Shown: positions 62,481-64,000 of the stretch, piece by piece | Position numbering within the stretch: position 1 is the stretch's first letter | Layout of the letters: each line of letters starts with the position of its first letter | Notes under the pieces: model-generated | Databases searched by the model: none | What the model was told of the DNA's origin: nothing | Seen by the model: the letters and a program-made list of their open reading frames with translations, nothing else | From: Hypanus sabinus | Taxonomy: Eukaryota | Reading direction: 5' to 3' | Assembly: GCF_030144855.1 (NCBI RefSeq) | Contig: NC_082736.1 | Span: 7,564,001 to 7,628,000, forward strand | DNA length: 64,000 bases | Translations under genes and position numbers: made by a program

Positions 62481-62524
62481 ACACGGCTCTCTCTGTGAGG
62501 CGGTGGGTGGCTCTTAGAAGAGCC
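62481..62524 (-). terminator. Histone 3' stem-loop and downstream element (second H4)
   Basis: Minus strand GGCTCTTCTAAGAGCC ACCCA...AGAGAGAGCCGT, the same as the first copy. Confidence 0.95.
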
Positions 62525-62557
62525 TTTGTTTTGTGTTCGGGAGGAAGTGGGAGTTTT

Positions 62558-62878
<321 letters not shown>

Positions 62879-63093
62879 TCACTCAGGTCGCTGCTCAGTG
62901 ACAAACCGACTGCTGATGTCTCCTTTTATACACAGCGCCCCGACCTGCCCGAGAAACGCGCAGAGAGACAGAGGCGGGGAGGGGAGGAGACACAGTCAGA
63001 GTGACGGACAGAGCCGAGAGCGGCCTCTCATCGTCCAGCTCCGCCTTCACTTTACCACACCCGCTAATTTCCAACAGAAAGCGCTCTTGCTCG

Positions 63094-63214
63094 ATCTGTG
63101 TCCTCTGGTCCTAGACTCCCCCACTATAGGAAACATCCTCTCCACATCCACTCTATCTGTGTCCTCTGATCCTAGACTCCCCCACTATAGGACACATCCC
63201 CTCCACATCCACTC
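63094..63214. repeat. Two 61-bp tandem units derived from a CR1 3' region
   Basis: ATCTGTGTCCTCTG.TCCTAGACTCCCCCACTATAGGA.ACATCC.CTCCACATCCACTC twice; resembles 16895-16945. Confidence 0.8.
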
Positions 63215-63215
63215 C

Positions 63216-63552
63216 AGAGAGACATACTTTATTGATCCCGGGGGAAATTGGGTTTCGTTACAGTCGCAACAACCAAAAATCGTGTAGAAATATAGCAATA
63301 TAAACCCATAAATAACTCAACAATAATAAGTAAATTATGCCAAGTGGAAATAAGTCCAGGACCAGCCTATTGGCTCAGGTTGTCTGACATTCCGAGGGAC
63401 GAGTTGTAAAGTTTGATGGCCACAGGCAGGAATGACTTCCTATGATACTCAATGTTGCATCTCAGTGGAATGAGTCTCTGGCTGAATGTACTCCTGTGTC
63501 TAACCAGTACGTTTTGGAGTGGATGGCAGTCATTGTCCAAGATGGTATGAAA
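63216..63552 (-). mobile_element. Rex1/Babar-like 3' end inserted upstream of the second H4
   Basis: ILDNDCHPLQNVL...STFSQRLIPLRCN...RKSFLPVAIKLYN; absent from the first H4 flank. Confidence 0.75.
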
Positions 63553-64000
63553 CACGTACAAACTGGAAGATCTCTGGAAATTTGCTGATTCTCCTGTTTT
63601 AAATTATAGGAGTGCTTTTCCATTCCGCAAATCCCCGAGGACCTCAGTCTGTCCCTCCCCGGCCCCAGGACCAATGCGAGCGTCCTCACACACAGCAGTT
63701 GGTGGGCGAGGGTGCAGTCGAGAGGGTTAATTCATCAGAACAATTGTTCCCCTGGGTCACGAGGGAAATGAAAGTCTGGTCACATAAAGGAACAGGATAC
63801 ATAGGCAGATATAAGGATACACAGACCTCGCTTTGGTGCCTTCTAAAGCCCAGGTAAAGTGGTGGCTGAGGAGCTGGTGTGAGGTGGGTGACGGCTTTAG
63901 GTACGAGGATCATTGAGGTCCCGAGGGAAAGGTGAGATGGGTCCAAGGAGGGGAGCCAATATGTTTACGGGAGCTTTCTTCATGCTACACAGAAGGGTTA

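Overview
Eukaryotic, repeat-dense genomic DNA. The histone sequences and the CR1/Rex1/Penelope repeat landscape point to a cartilaginous fish, probably a ray (inference). The window holds part of a replication-dependent histone cluster: H4 (+, 24772), H2B (+, 33944), an internally deleted H2A pseudogene (+, 35307), H1 (+, 59941), H3.2 (-, 61873) and a second H4 (-, 62869). All have 3' stem-loops, and there is a lone tRNA-Asp(GTC) gene. The two H4 loci form an inverted duplication, and the left copy has lost its H3 partner. A young Gmr1-like Ty3/Gypsy element (842-bp LTRs, 4 differences, GAGT TSD) sits between H4 and H2B. Its 1181-aa ORF is open but lacks the integrase zinc finger and DDE core through an apparent in-frame deletion. 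Penelope-derived repeats carry minimal hammerhead-ribozyme motifs, the best preserved about 0.6 kb upstream of H1. The rest is decayed CR1, Rex1, L1, Tc1, hAT, AcademX-like and solo-LTR sequence, old segmental duplications, and two small GC/CpG-rich islands with RFX X-boxes. Boundaries of decayed repeats are approximate. No CRISPR or prokaryotic system is present.
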